A DNA stretch of 64,000 bases. Source: an uncultured delta proteobacterium (lineage in GTDB: Bacteria; Desulfobacterota; RBG-13-43-22). Position numbers and translations under genes: made by a program. Shown in pieces: positions 41,444 through 51,965 of the stretch (positions are counted from its first letter, which is position 1; the number at the start of each line of letters is the position of its first letter). The stretch is taken from positions 1,920,001-1,984,000 of the forward strand of contig CAWBOS010000010.1 of assembly GCA_963790475.1 (NCBI GenBank), written 5' to 3'. The notes beneath the pieces were generated by a model. It did no database searches and was not told where the DNA came from. It was given only the letters and a program-made list of their open reading frames with translations.

Positions 41444-41962
41444 ATGTCCGATGTAAATTTGGTTGTCACCCGGATCCGGGAAACACTTTCCGGAGAAACG
41501 AAGATAGCTTTTCTTAAAGCCCTGAATGAGGCCAAACAGGGATCTACAATGTTGTCATCGGGTGACTGGGAGGGATGCCTGACCCATTTGATGCGGGCTC
41601 ATGATCTATTAACTAACATCCCTGAGGCGGCACCTATCCTGGGTATGGTTAGCCAAGACCTGGCCGCTGCATTCGGCAATCTCGATAGACTCACCGAAGC
41701 ATCGAAGTTTGCTCAGGACGCCATTCGGTTGGTAAAGGGAATTAAGGAACTGGCTTTCACCGAAGCGATGGCTCAAATGACCATCGGGAACGTCTGCTAC
41801 AGTAGAGGAAATGGACTGGAAGGATCACAGTATTTTGCTTCGGCAAGAAACCTGCTCAAGGATCGACCGGGCTCGGAACAGATCTTGCGGGATCTCGACC
41901 AGAATGAAGCGAGGCTAAGGGCTAATCTGTCAATGCCCAGACATGGCCCTCACTTCTGCTAA
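41444..41962 (+). CDS. TPR-like helical repeat protein
   Basis: Repeated A/G/L helical pattern; AAGGAGG RBS. Confidence 0.6.
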   Translation: MSDVNLVVTRIRETLSGETKIAFLKALNEAKQGSTMLSSGDWEGCLTHLMRAHDLLTNIPEAAPILGMVSQDLAAAFGNLDRLTEASKFAQDAIRLVKGIKELAFTEAMAQMTIGNVCYSRGNGLEGSQYFASARNLLKDRPGSEQILRDLDQNEARLRANLSMPRHGPHFC

Positions 41963-42059
41963 GAAAGGCAACCGCAGAGGCTCCTGACAATTTGAGAGTT
42001 AGGGACCGGTGTAGGACTCGTATCCGGGTAAACCAGAATTCAGATTTTGAAACACTGTA

Positions 42060-42270
42060 TACTCTCCAAATCGATAAACAATCTTCAGTGGAGGGGGTTT
42101 AGCTTAGTGCTGCGATTCGTGAGTTAACCGGCCGTCCTCTTTCGGATACCGCATTCATCGTTCGAGAGGCTTTACGACTGGCGGTGAAGATCAGGAAAGA
42201 TAAGTTTGACAATATCTGTGTGGCTCAGAGTTTGAAGGCTTTGACGGGTAAAGGTGATGGGGGATGTCAG
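42060..42270 (+). pseudogene. Remnant resembling the C-terminal lid of an AAA ATPase
   Basis: LSAAIRELTGRPLSDTAFIVREALRLA preceded by an in-frame stop; no start. Confidence 0.4.
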
Positions 42271-42336
42271 GGGGGCCAGACGATATTGATTCTCTCATCG
42301 TTATTTATTAAAAAAACTTGTTAGAAGGAGGCTGAG

Positions 42337-43131
42337 ATGTCTTATGTATTCGACCTGTCAAAAACGTCCAAGAAAGAGGGAGCAGTGGATATAGCTTCCC
42401 CGACTTCTAAGACCCAGGCTGCACCGGTTCCCTATACCGAACCGACGACCGGCATCGAAATGGTTTTGGTCAAAGGCGGATGTTATCCGATGGGTGATAC
42501 CTTTGGGGATGGAATTCCTGCTATTGAGAAGCCGGTCCATGAGGTCTGTGTGGATGATTTCTATCTCGGGAAATATCCAGTAACCCAGGGTCAGTGGAAG
42601 GCCGTCATGGGGAATAATCCTTCAGCTTTTCAGAACGGGGACAATTACCCGGTGGAGCAAATAAACTGGGATGATGCTCAGAATTTTATCGGTAAGCTGA
42701 ATGACATAACCGGGAAAAGGTATCGCCTGCCCACGGAAGCCGAGTGGGAGTACGCCGCCCGGAGCCGGGGGAAGAAAGAAAAATGGGCCGGGACCAGCAA
42801 CGAATCAGGGCTAATGAAGTTTGCCTGGTACAGGAGAAACGCGAGAGGGAAGACCCACCCGGTAGGAAGGAAGCGGCCGAACGGCCTGGGTTTGTATGAC
42901 ATGAGCGGCAATGTCTGTGAATGGGTTCAGGACACGTTTAGTGAGGACGCTTATAGCTCACATTCAGGGATGAATCCCGTCATAGAGGGTGGTGTCTACT
43001 GCGTGTTGCGTGGCGGTTCCTGGAACTTTGATGCCGATGGTATACGCCTTGCCAGTCGAGCCTGGCTCCCGCCCGGAAGCCGCAATGAAATCCTTAACCA
43101 AATCGGCTTTCGTGTTGCCAGGGATCTTTAG
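42337..43131 (+). CDS. FGE-sulfatase (SUMF1) domain protein
   Basis: EKPVHEV, YRLPTEAEWEYAAR, NGLGLYDMSGNVCEW, RGGSW, IGFRV. Confidence 0.9.
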   Translation: MSYVFDLSKTSKKEGAVDIASPTSKTQAAPVPYTEPTTGIEMVLVKGGCYPMGDTFGDGIPAIEKPVHEVCVDDFYLGKYPVTQGQWKAVMGNNPSAFQNGDNYPVEQINWDDAQNFIGKLNDITGKRYRLPTEAEWEYAARSRGKKEKWAGTSNESGLMKFAWYRRNARGKTHPVGRKRPNGLGLYDMSGNVCEWVQDTFSEDAYSSHSGMNPVIEGGVYCVLRGGSWNFDADGIRLASRAWLPPGSRNEILNQIGFRVARDL

Positions 43132-43637
43132 TCTCACACCCGCATGGTTGTTGATTCCTGACCGCAGTGCACCTCTCCTGAGGCCGTGGTCACCTAAATG
43201 GACCCTAATCAGGAGGATCATGAGAGTGTCCCTGAACGCTGAAAGGGCCAGAACGAAAAGCCTTGTAGTATCATTACCTTGTACAATCAAACGATCATCG
43301 ACACTATAAAGAATCGATGAAGATAAGATAATAGAAAGATTGAAAAGTTGATCAAAAGGCTACCCGAGAAGGGATATGGTTAGGATGAGTGGAATCTATT
43401 CGTATTTTTTACGTAAAATGTATGCTTATTCTTCACTCCTGAGTTCCATATAAGCAGAGTTTGGATGCGAATAAATATGGACACAAGTGTATATACTTTT
43501 TGTCAATTCGTAAGAAGTCGGTATTAACCTATGGGAGGGGAGATAGAGGAGAATCCGTAAAAAGCGGATATAGCAATTGTACCTGTCGTAACCGAAAATA
43601 ACCTAATGTAACCCAACATAATCCAACTTGCCTTTTA

Positions 43638-43650
43638 CAACTGGTTGATA
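43638..43650 (-). promoter_or_regulatory. IHF-consensus site near island right end
   Basis: TATCAACCAGTTG = WATCAANNNNTTR. Confidence 0.5.
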
Positions 43651-43696
43651 TTTAACTACTTAATTTTTGATGGGAAATCGCCTAAGTAGTTTTTTC

Positions 43697-43754
43697 GACT
43701 TAAAATCCCTCGGTCCTCGCGGCTGTACCGGTTCGATTCCGGTCCCAGGCACCA
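43697..43754 (+). repeat. attR: duplicated 3' part of tRNA-Leu
   Basis: Exact match to 22840-22897. Confidence 0.95.
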
Positions 43755-43914
43755 GTTATTATTAGGTAATTTGGGAATAGGGGCTTCGGCCCCTTTTCTA
43801 TTTTGACAGTCCCTCGGACCATTGTCCACACTCTGCCCGCATTTTCAATACCATCTGCTTCTTTAAAAACTGGGTGCCAAACCCGTCCAGTATAACACCA
43901 TAAAGGCCCTGGCC

Positions 43915-44631
43915 TTGGTCTGTCTCGGGCAATTTGGTGGGGCTTGGGAAGCCCTTCAAGGAGAGGTTACGGAAGAGGCCTTTGGCTTCGCTATGCAGCG
44001 GTACGGAATGACCTATTATTTGACGGACCTGCTTGCTTTTGGACCGGCGGCCGAGCGGGCCCGAAGAACCTCCGAGCTGGCTAAAAAGCTCAACCGGGCC
44101 TGGATGAGAAGGGGGGTACAGGATTTGCGAGTCGTTTCGCTGGCCCGTCTTGGAACCCTGGATGAATCAACGCTGACGGAAATTCAGCAGGATCTGGAAT
44201 CTTTCGGTGCTGCCCTCGGTCGGCAGGCCATGGCTGAGGTCATGTTGATGAGAGGATCACTGGAAGAGGCCTTAAGTCTGTCGGAAGAGGAAAAGGTTGA
44301 ATCAGGAATGGTCCTCAACCTGATACCGGGCCTTGAATTGTATATCCGCATCCTCCTTGGTCTGGACAGACTGCCTGAGGCATTAGCCGTTGCCGAAGAG
44401 GCCTTAAAACAAGCAAAACAAGTCCATTATCGATCGCTCCTCTGGCGTATCCTGACCGGTCGAGCGGAGGCTCGAAGAAGGCTGGGGGATGAACATGGCG
44501 GTATTGAAGATTATCGCGCAGCAGCGGAGATTCTGACCGAGCTTAAGGAGACTATCCCCGACGAGAAACAGCGGCGGGATTTTGAAACAAACCCTCTCGT
44601 GGCCCTGATTTTGGCGAGAAGGCAAACATGA
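43915..44631 (+). pseudogene. C-terminal TPR fragment of a larger protein
   Basis: TPR helices ending IPDEKQRRDF; no good start or RBS. Confidence 0.5.
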
Positions 44632-44667
44632 CAACTTAAATCCGTGTCGAGAAAGCCCAAACCTATT

Positions 44668-44765
44668 GCCGTCATGCCGGACCCCGGATCAGGTCCGGGG
44701 CAGGCCCAATCCGGCATCCAGTTCTTTTAAGTGGTTCTGGATACCGGCTTTCGCCGGTATGACGT
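44668..44765. repeat. REP-like hairpin doublet
   Basis: CTGGATACCGGCTTTCGCCGGTATGACG is the reverse complement of the unit at 7960. Confidence 0.75.
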
Positions 44766-44807
44766 AATGGGTGCATTTTCCAAAGGTCTTATAGAGAGGA
44801 GAAGAAT

Positions 44808-45673
44808 ATGAATAATTCACCAAAACTTCATTATGGAACACCGGAGGAGGCTGGGATGTTAGCCGCGCGTATCGAAAGAGTCAAACAGCTCGCCGAAGGT
44901 TGGGTGGCGGAAGGTCAGACCCCTTCTCTGGTCATACTGGCGGCCAGAAAAGGAATTATTTTCTTGCATGAAGCTTATGGCCGGCTAACACCCGAAGGTC
45001 ATTCACCGCCGCTTCTGATCGACTCTGTTTTCCCCATGGGTCCCCTGACCAAACCGGTTACAGCCACAGCGGCCATGATTCTGGTGGAGGACGGCCTGTT
45101 GGGGCTGAACCGTCCCGTGGTCGATTATATTCCTGAGATCTGTGGCAAGGGAGCAAAATCCGTTCAGGTCCACCACCTGCTTTCCCATACCTCCGGTTAT
45201 CAAGAAAAGAGCTTGCTTAGTTTGGCGATAGAAAATGAAGGGGAAAAGTATGAGTTGGGTTCGGCGGTATGTTCTCCACAGCTATGGATATGGCTATTTT
45301 CGGCCAGATGTTCCTAAACGGTGGCCGGTATGGTGATCAACGCATCTTAAGCAGGCTCGCTGTCTTGGAGATGACCCGAAACCAGATCCCGGGGATTGGA
45401 ACTAATTGGTGGGGAATCTTTGTACCTGAGGCCTCCTGGGGTTATGGCTGGTCAGTGGCTGGCGATATTAAATGGAGGTATTTTTTGGGAAGTCTACGTT
45501 CGCCAAAAACGTTCGTGCACACCGGCGCCGGTGGAACCCGTCTATTTGCAGATCCCGTGAATGAGATCCTGCTGGTTTACTTTTCTGTGGTGCTTGAAGT
45601 CACACCGTTAGAAGAAAAGAAAAACAACGCCGATCTCTTTGAAAATGCGATCTACGCCTCTATTAAGGAATAA
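44808..45673 (+). pseudogene. Serine hydrolase (beta-lactamase family), split or internally deleted
   Basis: HLLSHTSG and HTGAGGT in two frames; SxxK appears as PLTK. Confidence 0.75.
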
Positions 45674-45960
45674 CTTATGCCGCATGCCGCTACCTTCTTT
45701 TCATGAGAGGATGGACAAAAATGTCGGCATGTAAAGGAAAAGCCTTCACGGGGAAGAAAATATCAAGAAACTGCTCCAGGCCGATATAATAATTTGAAAT
45801 CTTGCTGCCATTATGCTACCGTAATAAACTAGAGGAAAACATATTGGCAGCAAACACCAGGGCACAACCTTTAGAATTACTGCTTGTTGTTGTCCCCCGG
45901 TGTTTGCTGGTAGGGTGGGCAGGGCTCACCGGTTATTATTAATCAAAGGGATATCGACTC

Positions 45961-46878
45961 GTGCAGGCACATTTAAAAGAACTGGCCAGTAAAATCAATC
46001 AACTGAAAATCCAAAGAAAGGCGGTCATCGTCGCTCATAACTATCAGATCGATGAAGTCCAGGAAATCGCCGATGAGATCGGCGATTCGTTCGCCCTAAG
46101 CCGCTATTGCGCCGACACCAACGCCGAATTGATCGTATTTTGCGGTGTTCATTTCATGGCCGAAAGCGCCAAGATCCTTTCCAAAGATAAAACGGTGCTT
46201 ATCCCGGCCCTGGATGCCGGATGCCCCATGGCCGACATGGTCACCGTTGAAGAACTCAAAACCCTGAAAGAGCAGCACCCTGATGCGGCCGTCGTCTGTT
46301 ACGTAAATTCAACCGCGGCCGTAAAGGCCGAAAGCGACATCTGTTGCACCTCGGCCAATGCCGTCAAAGTAGTAAACTCCCTGGCTCAGAAAAAAATTAT
46401 CTTCATTCCGGATAAAAACCTGGCCCATTATGTTTCCTTGCAGGTCCCAAACAAGGAGATCATTTTTTGGGATGGTTATTGCATAACGCATCACAGGATC
46501 ACCCTTGAAGACGTTCAAAAGGCCAGACAACAGCACCCGGACGCGGTTTTACTGGTGCACCCCGAATGCCGGCCGGAAGTGGCCGCAGCCGCTGATGTGA
46601 TCGGAAGCACCAAACAGATCATCGACTACGCTTTACAATCGAAGGCCGATAAATTTATCATCGGAACAGAAATGGGAGTGATTTTCAGGTTGAAAAGGGA
46701 GAACCCGGCCAAGACCTTTTACCTCCTGTCCCAGGGTCTTATCTGCCCGAACATGAAAAAGACGAACCTCGAAAAGGTTTTCGAATCTCTGGATAAAATG
46801 CAGTATAAAATAGAATTGGATGAAGGGATAAGGCAAAAAGCCTACCGAGCTTTGAATCGCATGCTCGAGGTGGGTTGA
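45961..46878 (+). CDS. nadA: Quinolinate synthase
   Basis: [29 protein letters not shown]. Confidence 0.96.
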   Translation: MQAHLKELASKINQLKIQRKAVIVAHNYQIDEVQEIADEIGDSFALSRYCADTNAELIVFCGVHFMAESAKILSKDKTVLIPALDAGCPMADMVTVEELKTLKEQHPDAAVVCYVNSTAAVKAESDICCTSANAVKVVNSLAQKKIIFIPDKNLAHYVSLQVPNKEIIFWDGYCITHHRITLEDVQKARQQHPDAVLLVHPECRPEVAAAADVIGSTKQIIDYALQSKADKFIIGTEMGVIFRLKRENPAKTFYLLSQGLICPNMKKTNLEKVFESLDKMQYKIELDEGIRQKAYRALNRMLEVG

Positions 46879-47024
46879 GGAACTATCCTGATTCCCTCCT
46901 TGCCCAAAGGATATCGCCCTATCCCTGGATAACGGAGCTTCCCCGGAATTGTACCTTAAGATAGGCCGTGGGCTCACTCAGTCCAGGCTCTCGATATCAC
47001 TCTGGACTACCGGTAGAGGAAACG

Positions 47025-48674
47025 ATGGAAATAAAATCCATCCGCAACCTGAGTCGTTTTAAGCATATCATCTGGGTCTTGTTAAAATACGGATTCGATG
47101 ACATCATTCATCGCCTGGACCTTCCCGGTTCTTTTATTCTGAGAAGGATCAACCGCATCAAGACCCCCATGACCGTCAATGAACGGATCCGCATGGTCTT
47201 CCAGGAACTGGGGCCGACCTTTATCAAATTCGGACAGATCCTGAGTATGCGTCCCGATCTGGTTCCCGGGCTTTTGGTCCTGGAACTCAAAAAATTGCAG
47301 GATCAGGTCCCGCCCGCCCCGCAACAGGCCGTCCAAGCCCTGATCGAAAAAGCCCTGGATCAGCCTTTAGATTCTATCTTCTCGAAATTTGACTGGACCC
47401 CTATCGGATCTGCTTCGTTGGCCCAGGTTCATCGCGCCCGGTTGGCCAAAGAAGATAAGATTGTGGCCGTCAAGGTCCAGCGTCCCGATATCCGTCCCTT
47501 GATCCGGGCCGATCTGGATATCCTGGCCACCATTGCCGCCCGGTTGAATGAACTGCGGACCTATCAAATATACGACCTTCCTGGTCTGGTGGAAGAACTG
47601 CGATTCAGTCTGACCCGGGAATTGGACTTTACCCGGGAAGCCCGGAATATGATGATCTTTCGAAAAACCCTTTCTTTTCCGGATCTGATGTACATTCCCG
47701 AGGTCTTTGAAGCCTATTGCACCCCTTTTGTCCTGACCATGGAGCTGGTGGAAGGGACTCGTTTGGATCGGCTGGATGATTCCATTTATAACCGGGAACA
47801 GCTAGCTCGAAACGGGGCCAGAATTATGCTGGATCAGATGCTCCGCCAGGGATTTTTTCATGCCGATCCCCATCAAGGCAACTTGCTGGTCATGGAGGAC
47901 GGACGCTTATGCTTTTTGGACTGGGGCATGACCGGCAGAATTAACCGTGATTTACGTCATCGCCTGATCGATTTGATTCAGGCCTTGATCCAAAAAGACA
48001 GCGAGTCTATTCTTCGCCTCATTCCCCATCTCACGGCGGATGTCCCCTCCGACCTTAACTACCATCGATTGGAAAGAGATCTTCTGGACCTGATCGATTC
48101 CTATTATGATTTTTCATTAAAAGAAATCCAAATCGGGGAATTGGTCTTGTCTTTGATGAACCTGCTTAAGGAACACCGCCTGCGCATCCGTTCGGATTTT
48201 GCCCTGATGAGCAGGGCCTTGCTGACCCTGGAGGGCTTAGGCAAAGAGTTGGCCCCGAATTTCAACCTGATTGAAGAAGCCCGCCAGTTGACTGCCGAAC
48301 TGGTCAAGGAACGTTGGTCCCTAAAAAGCCTTTCGGAGGATCTACGCACCCAGGGGCTGAATTTGTTGGACCTGGTTCAGGATTTTCCAGCCAAACTTCA
48401 AGCCCTCTTTCGTAAAATGGACCGGGGGGACTTGACCTTTACTTTCAAACATACCGGGCTCTCATCTTTAAATACCACTCTGGAAAGGATCAGCAACCGG
48501 GTCACCTTCGGAATCATCATTGCCGCCCTGATCGTCGGTTCTTCCATGATAATCACCACCGGCGTAAAACCTCTGCTATTCGGCTTTCCGGCCCTTGGGG
48601 TGGTAGGATATCTGGTTTCGGGGATATTGGGTCTTTGGTTAATTGTCAATATTTTACGCAAGCGGAAGTATTAA
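47025..48674 (+). CDS. AarF/ABC1/UbiB family kinase
   Basis: LGPTFIKFGQ, SASLAQVH, VAVKVQRP, FFHADPH, LDWG. Confidence 0.92.
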   Translation: MEIKSIRNLSRFKHIIWVLLKYGFDDIIHRLDLPGSFILRRINRIKTPMTVNERIRMVFQELGPTFIKFGQILSMRPDLVPGLLVLELKKLQDQVPPAPQQAVQALIEKALDQPLDSIFSKFDWTPIGSASLAQVHRARLAKEDKIVAVKVQRPDIRPLIRADLDILATIAARLNELRTYQIYDLPGLVEELRFSLTRELDFTREARNMMIFRKTLSFPDLMYIPEVFEAYCTPFVLTMELVEGTRLDRLDDSIYNREQLARNGARIMLDQMLRQGFFHADPHQGNLLVMEDGRLCFLDWGMTGRINRDLRHRLIDLIQALIQKDSESILRLIPHLTADVPSDLNYHRLERDLLDLIDSYYDFSLKEIQIGELVLSLMNLLKEHRLRIRSDFALMSRALLTLEGLGKELAPNFNLIEEARQLTAELVKERWSLKSLSEDLRTQGLNLLDLVQDFPAKLQALFRKMDRGDLTFTFKHTGLSSLNTTLERISNRVTFGIIIAALIVGSSMIITTGVKPLLFGFPALGVVGYLVSGILGLWLIVNILRKRKY

Positions 48675-48744
48675 GGACTTCTCTTTGCTGGTTTAGGTTT
48701 CATTAACTTTTGGGTACTACGAGGCTTGAAAATTATAGGTAATC

Positions 48745-49647
48745 ATGGATTTCAGACGACTGGAAGTTTTCACCAAAGTCTTTGAGCAAAAAAGTTTTTC
48801 CAAGGCCGGACAGGCCCTTTATCTCTCCCAACCCACGGTCAGTGAACACATCCGGCTTTTGGAAGAAGACCTGGGACTGACCCTCTTTGATCGCCAGGGG
48901 AAGGAAATAGTCCCGACCAAGGCCGGCCAGTTCCTTTTTCAATATGCCAATCAGTTGATGTCCTTGCGCCAGGATTCTTTGCGGGCCATGGAGCAATTTC
49001 GGGACAAAGGGACCGGTGACCTGTTGATCGGCGGCAGCAACATACCCGGACAATACATATTGCCCGGCCTTTTAGGACTCTTTAAAAAAAACTTTCCGGG
49101 AATACAAATCCGGTTGTGGATTGGAGATACCCAGCACATTCAAGAAAAAGTACTGGACGGGACCATTGAGTTGGGCCTGGTCGGGGCCTTGATCGAACAT
49201 CGACGGATTTCCTCCCAGCCGTTAACCACAGACGAACTGGTTTGCATTGCTCTTCCCGGTCAATCCCGGGAAAGACCCAAAGCCATAATCCCCGATAAAC
49301 TTTTAAGCCTCCCTTTCATTCTGCGGGAGAAAGGATCAGGAACCCGAAAGTCTCTAGAGCAGGCCTTTAAAAAAATCCATCTGGACCTCAAGGATCTCCA
49401 GGTCGTGGCTGAAATGGGGAGTAATGAAGCCATCCGCCAAGCCGTCAAAGCCGGCCTGGGGATTTCGGTTATCTCGCGCCGGGCGGTCTGGGAAGATCTG
49501 GAACAGGGCCGGCTTCAGGAAATTAAAGTCAGAAATTTCCCTTTGCTCAGAAATTTTTATCTCATCACCCTGAAACAGAGAACCCTTTCTCCCCTGGCCC
49601 AGGAATTTAAGGAATTTATTTTAAAAAAGGAAATGAAAAATGCTTAA
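48745..49647 (+). CDS. LysR-type regulator (selenium-metabolism-associated type)
   Basis: SFSKAG..LYLSQPTVS HTH, REKGSGTR; overlaps selD start. Confidence 0.9.
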   Translation: MDFRRLEVFTKVFEQKSFSKAGQALYLSQPTVSEHIRLLEEDLGLTLFDRQGKEIVPTKAGQFLFQYANQLMSLRQDSLRAMEQFRDKGTGDLLIGGSNIPGQYILPGLLGLFKKNFPGIQIRLWIGDTQHIQEKVLDGTIELGLVGALIEHRRISSQPLTTDELVCIALPGQSRERPKAIIPDKLLSLPFILREKGSGTRKSLEQAFKKIHLDLKDLQVVAEMGSNEAIRQAVKAGLGISVISRRAVWEDLEQGRLQEIKVRNFPLLRNFYLITLKQRTLSPLAQEFKEFILKKEMKNA

Positions 49648-50692
49648 AGATCATCCCGTAAATCTGGTCAATGGCGCCCGGGCCGCCGGCTGAGCCTCCA
49701 AATTGGGTCCGGGAGACCTGCAGGAAATTCTGGCCGACTTGCCCCTGGAAACCGATCCCAATTTATTGGTGGGACGGGAAAACTCGGATGATGCCGGAGT
49801 CTATAGACTACGGGACGATCTGGCCTTGATTCAGACCTTGGATTTTTTCACCCCCATCGTCAATGATCCATACCTCTTCGGACAGATCGCCGCTGTTAAT
49901 GCCTTGAGCGACGTCTATGCCATGGGTGGAAAACCTTTAACGGCCATGAATATTGTTTGTTTTCCCAAAAATACCCTCGACAAATCGGTCCTGAAGGAAA
50001 TCCTAAAGGGCGGCCTGGAAAAAATTCATGAGGCCGGGGCCTTGCTGGTCGGCGGCCACAGTGTTGACGATGTGGAATTGAAATACGGCCTTTCGGTGAC
50101 CGGGATTATCCACCCGGATAAAGTCATGACCAACGCCGGGGCCCGTCCCGGGGATCAACTGATCCTGACCAAACCCATCGGCACCGGTATCATTGCCACG
50201 GCCCTGAAGGGAAAAGCGGCCTCACCGGAAGCCGAAGAAGCGATGATCCGGGTCATGGTGGAATCGAATCGTATCGGGGCCGAAGTGATGCAGGAAGTCG
50301 GGGCCCACAGTTGTACGGATATCACCGGTTTCGGTTTGCTGGGTCATGCCCTGGAAATGGCCAACGCTTCCCATTGCTCGATGACTCTTAGGGCCTCCCA
50401 GGTCCCCATCATCCCTTACGCCCGGGAATATTCTCAAATGGGTATGGTCCCCGGCGGCACCCATGCCAATCGAAATTTTTGCCATCACTCTCTGCAGGTC
50501 GATCCGGCCCTACCCGGTTATCTGCTCGACATCCTGTCCGATGCGCAGACTTCCGGGGGTTTGCTGATAGCCGTCTCCTCGAATCGGGCCGCCGATCTGT
50601 TGGCAAAATTGAAACAAAAGGGGGTAAGGGAAGCCTCCCTGATCGGGGAAATCACCGACCGTTCTCCGGGAACGATTTCTGTTTTGCCATAG
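49640..50692 (+). CDS. selD: Selenide, water dikinase (selenoprotein, UGA at codon 18)
   Basis: MLKDHPVNLVNGARAAG-U-ASKLGP; DDAGVY, DFFTP, DITGFGL, QTSGGLL. Confidence 0.93.
49703..49720 (+). promoter_or_regulatory. Putative bacterial SECIS hairpin
   Basis: GGGTC-CGGGA-GACCT about 11 nt after the in-frame TGA (49691-49693). Confidence 0.6.
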
Positions 50693-50704
50693 CAAGGCGC
50701 TTTG

Positions 50705-51964
50705 ATGCATCCTTTTCGATCTACTGTATTGAGAGCCGCCCTCTTTCTATTCCTGCTTCTTTCTTCTTCCGCCATACTCTATACTACCTTCCAAAATACC
50801 AGGTCGGCCCGGAATCTGGCTGATCAGGCCATGGAAGGCACGGCCATGGCGCTGGCCTCCACGGTAGAAGCGGAACTTCGCTCCGGAGATAATCTGACAA
50901 CCCGGCATGTAAACCGCATTTTTTCAGACCGGGTGGTTGCCTACGCCTTAGTTTCCGATACAAAGGGACTGATCCTATTTCATACCAATGCCGGTCTGAT
51001 CGGGACTCCACTTAGGGAGACAGGACTGTATCAATGGCTGCAAACCGGGAAAGCCTACGGACAACGGATCACCCTGCGGACCGGCCTGCCGGCCTTTGAA
51101 TTTAACTACCCCCTCCATCTCCAGGAAGGACGGACGGAACTGCTCCGATTGGTCATCCACACCTATCCGGCCGATCAAATCATTTCGCGTTCTCAGGGGA
51201 TGTGGTGGACCGTCGGACTGGTCCTTCTGATCCTTTGGGCCATGGGAATCCTCTTTGACCGGGCGTTTGTTCATCAACTTCGTCTTCAGAAAAAACTGCA
51301 GAGAAGTGAACAATTGTCATTAATTGGGCAGATGACGGCCGTGTTGACCCATGAAATTCGCAATGCCCTGGGCAGCGTAAAAGGATACACCCAATGGATA
51401 GACGAAAAAATGGAAAATTCAGATCCCAAAAAAACAGGACTGACCTTTGTTTTAAAGGGGATTGAACGGATTGAATCCCTGGTCCGGGATCTGCTTATCT
51501 TTTCCCGTGAGGAAAACTACCACCTTGAGTTCTGTGCGGTTGACCGGATAATCCGAGAGGTCATCGATTCAGAAATTTTCTCAACAGCCATAGCAATCGA
51601 GACCCAAATCGAAGCGGGGGTACAGGTTTTTGCCGACAAAGAAAAGGTGCATCGGATTTTACTCAACGGCATCCAGAATGCCCTGCAAGTGATCGAAGAC
51701 GGCCAGAGTCTCCAGATCAAGGCCGCGTCTAAAGGCAAATGGGTGGATATCCGGATTGAAGATTCCGGACCGGGAATCCCGGAAGAAGACCAAGCCCGTC
51801 TTTTTACCCCTTTTTATACCACCAAAACAACCGGAACCGGATTGGGTTTGGCTTATTCTAAAAAGGTGGTTGAAGGGATGGGAGGAGAAATCAGCCTGTT
51901 CAATAATCCGGAGCATACCGGAGCTGTTTTGAATATCAAATTACCTAAGACAGCGAGGTCTTGA
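50705..51964 (+). CDS. Sensor histidine kinase
   Basis: 2 TM; HEIRNAL H-box; DSGPG; FYTTK; GTGLGL. Confidence 0.93.
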   Translation: MHPFRSTVLRAALFLFLLLSSSAILYTTFQNTRSARNLADQAMEGTAMALASTVEAELRSGDNLTTRHVNRIFSDRVVAYALVSDTKGLILFHTNAGLIGTPLRETGLYQWLQTGKAYGQRITLRTGLPAFEFNYPLHLQEGRTELLRLVIHTYPADQIISRSQGMWWTVGLVLLILWAMGILFDRAFVHQLRLQKKLQRSEQLSLIGQMTAVLTHEIRNALGSVKGYTQWIDEKMENSDPKKTGLTFVLKGIERIESLVRDLLIFSREENYHLEFCAVDRIIREVIDSEIFSTAIAIETQIEAGVQVFADKEKVHRILLNGIQNALQVIEDGQSLQIKAASKGKWVDIRIEDSGPGIPEEDQARLFTPFYTTKTTGTGLGLAYSKKVVEGMGGEISLFNNPEHTGAVLNIKLPKTARS

Positions 51965-51965
51965 A

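Larger units (their letters stand above)
22840..43754. mobile_element. Genomic island integrated in tRNA-Leu
   Basis: 58-bp direct repeat of the tRNA 3' part at 22840-22897 and 43697-43754; integrase remnant beside the tRNA. Confidence 0.9.

Noticed and set aside
42337-43300. FGE-sulfatase gene as a diversity-generating retroelement target
   Set aside because: No template repeat differing at adenines and no reverse transcriptase in the window; a remote DGR cannot be excluded
43697-43754. Second tRNA-Leu gene
   Set aside because: Lacks the 5' acceptor strand and D arm; it is attR
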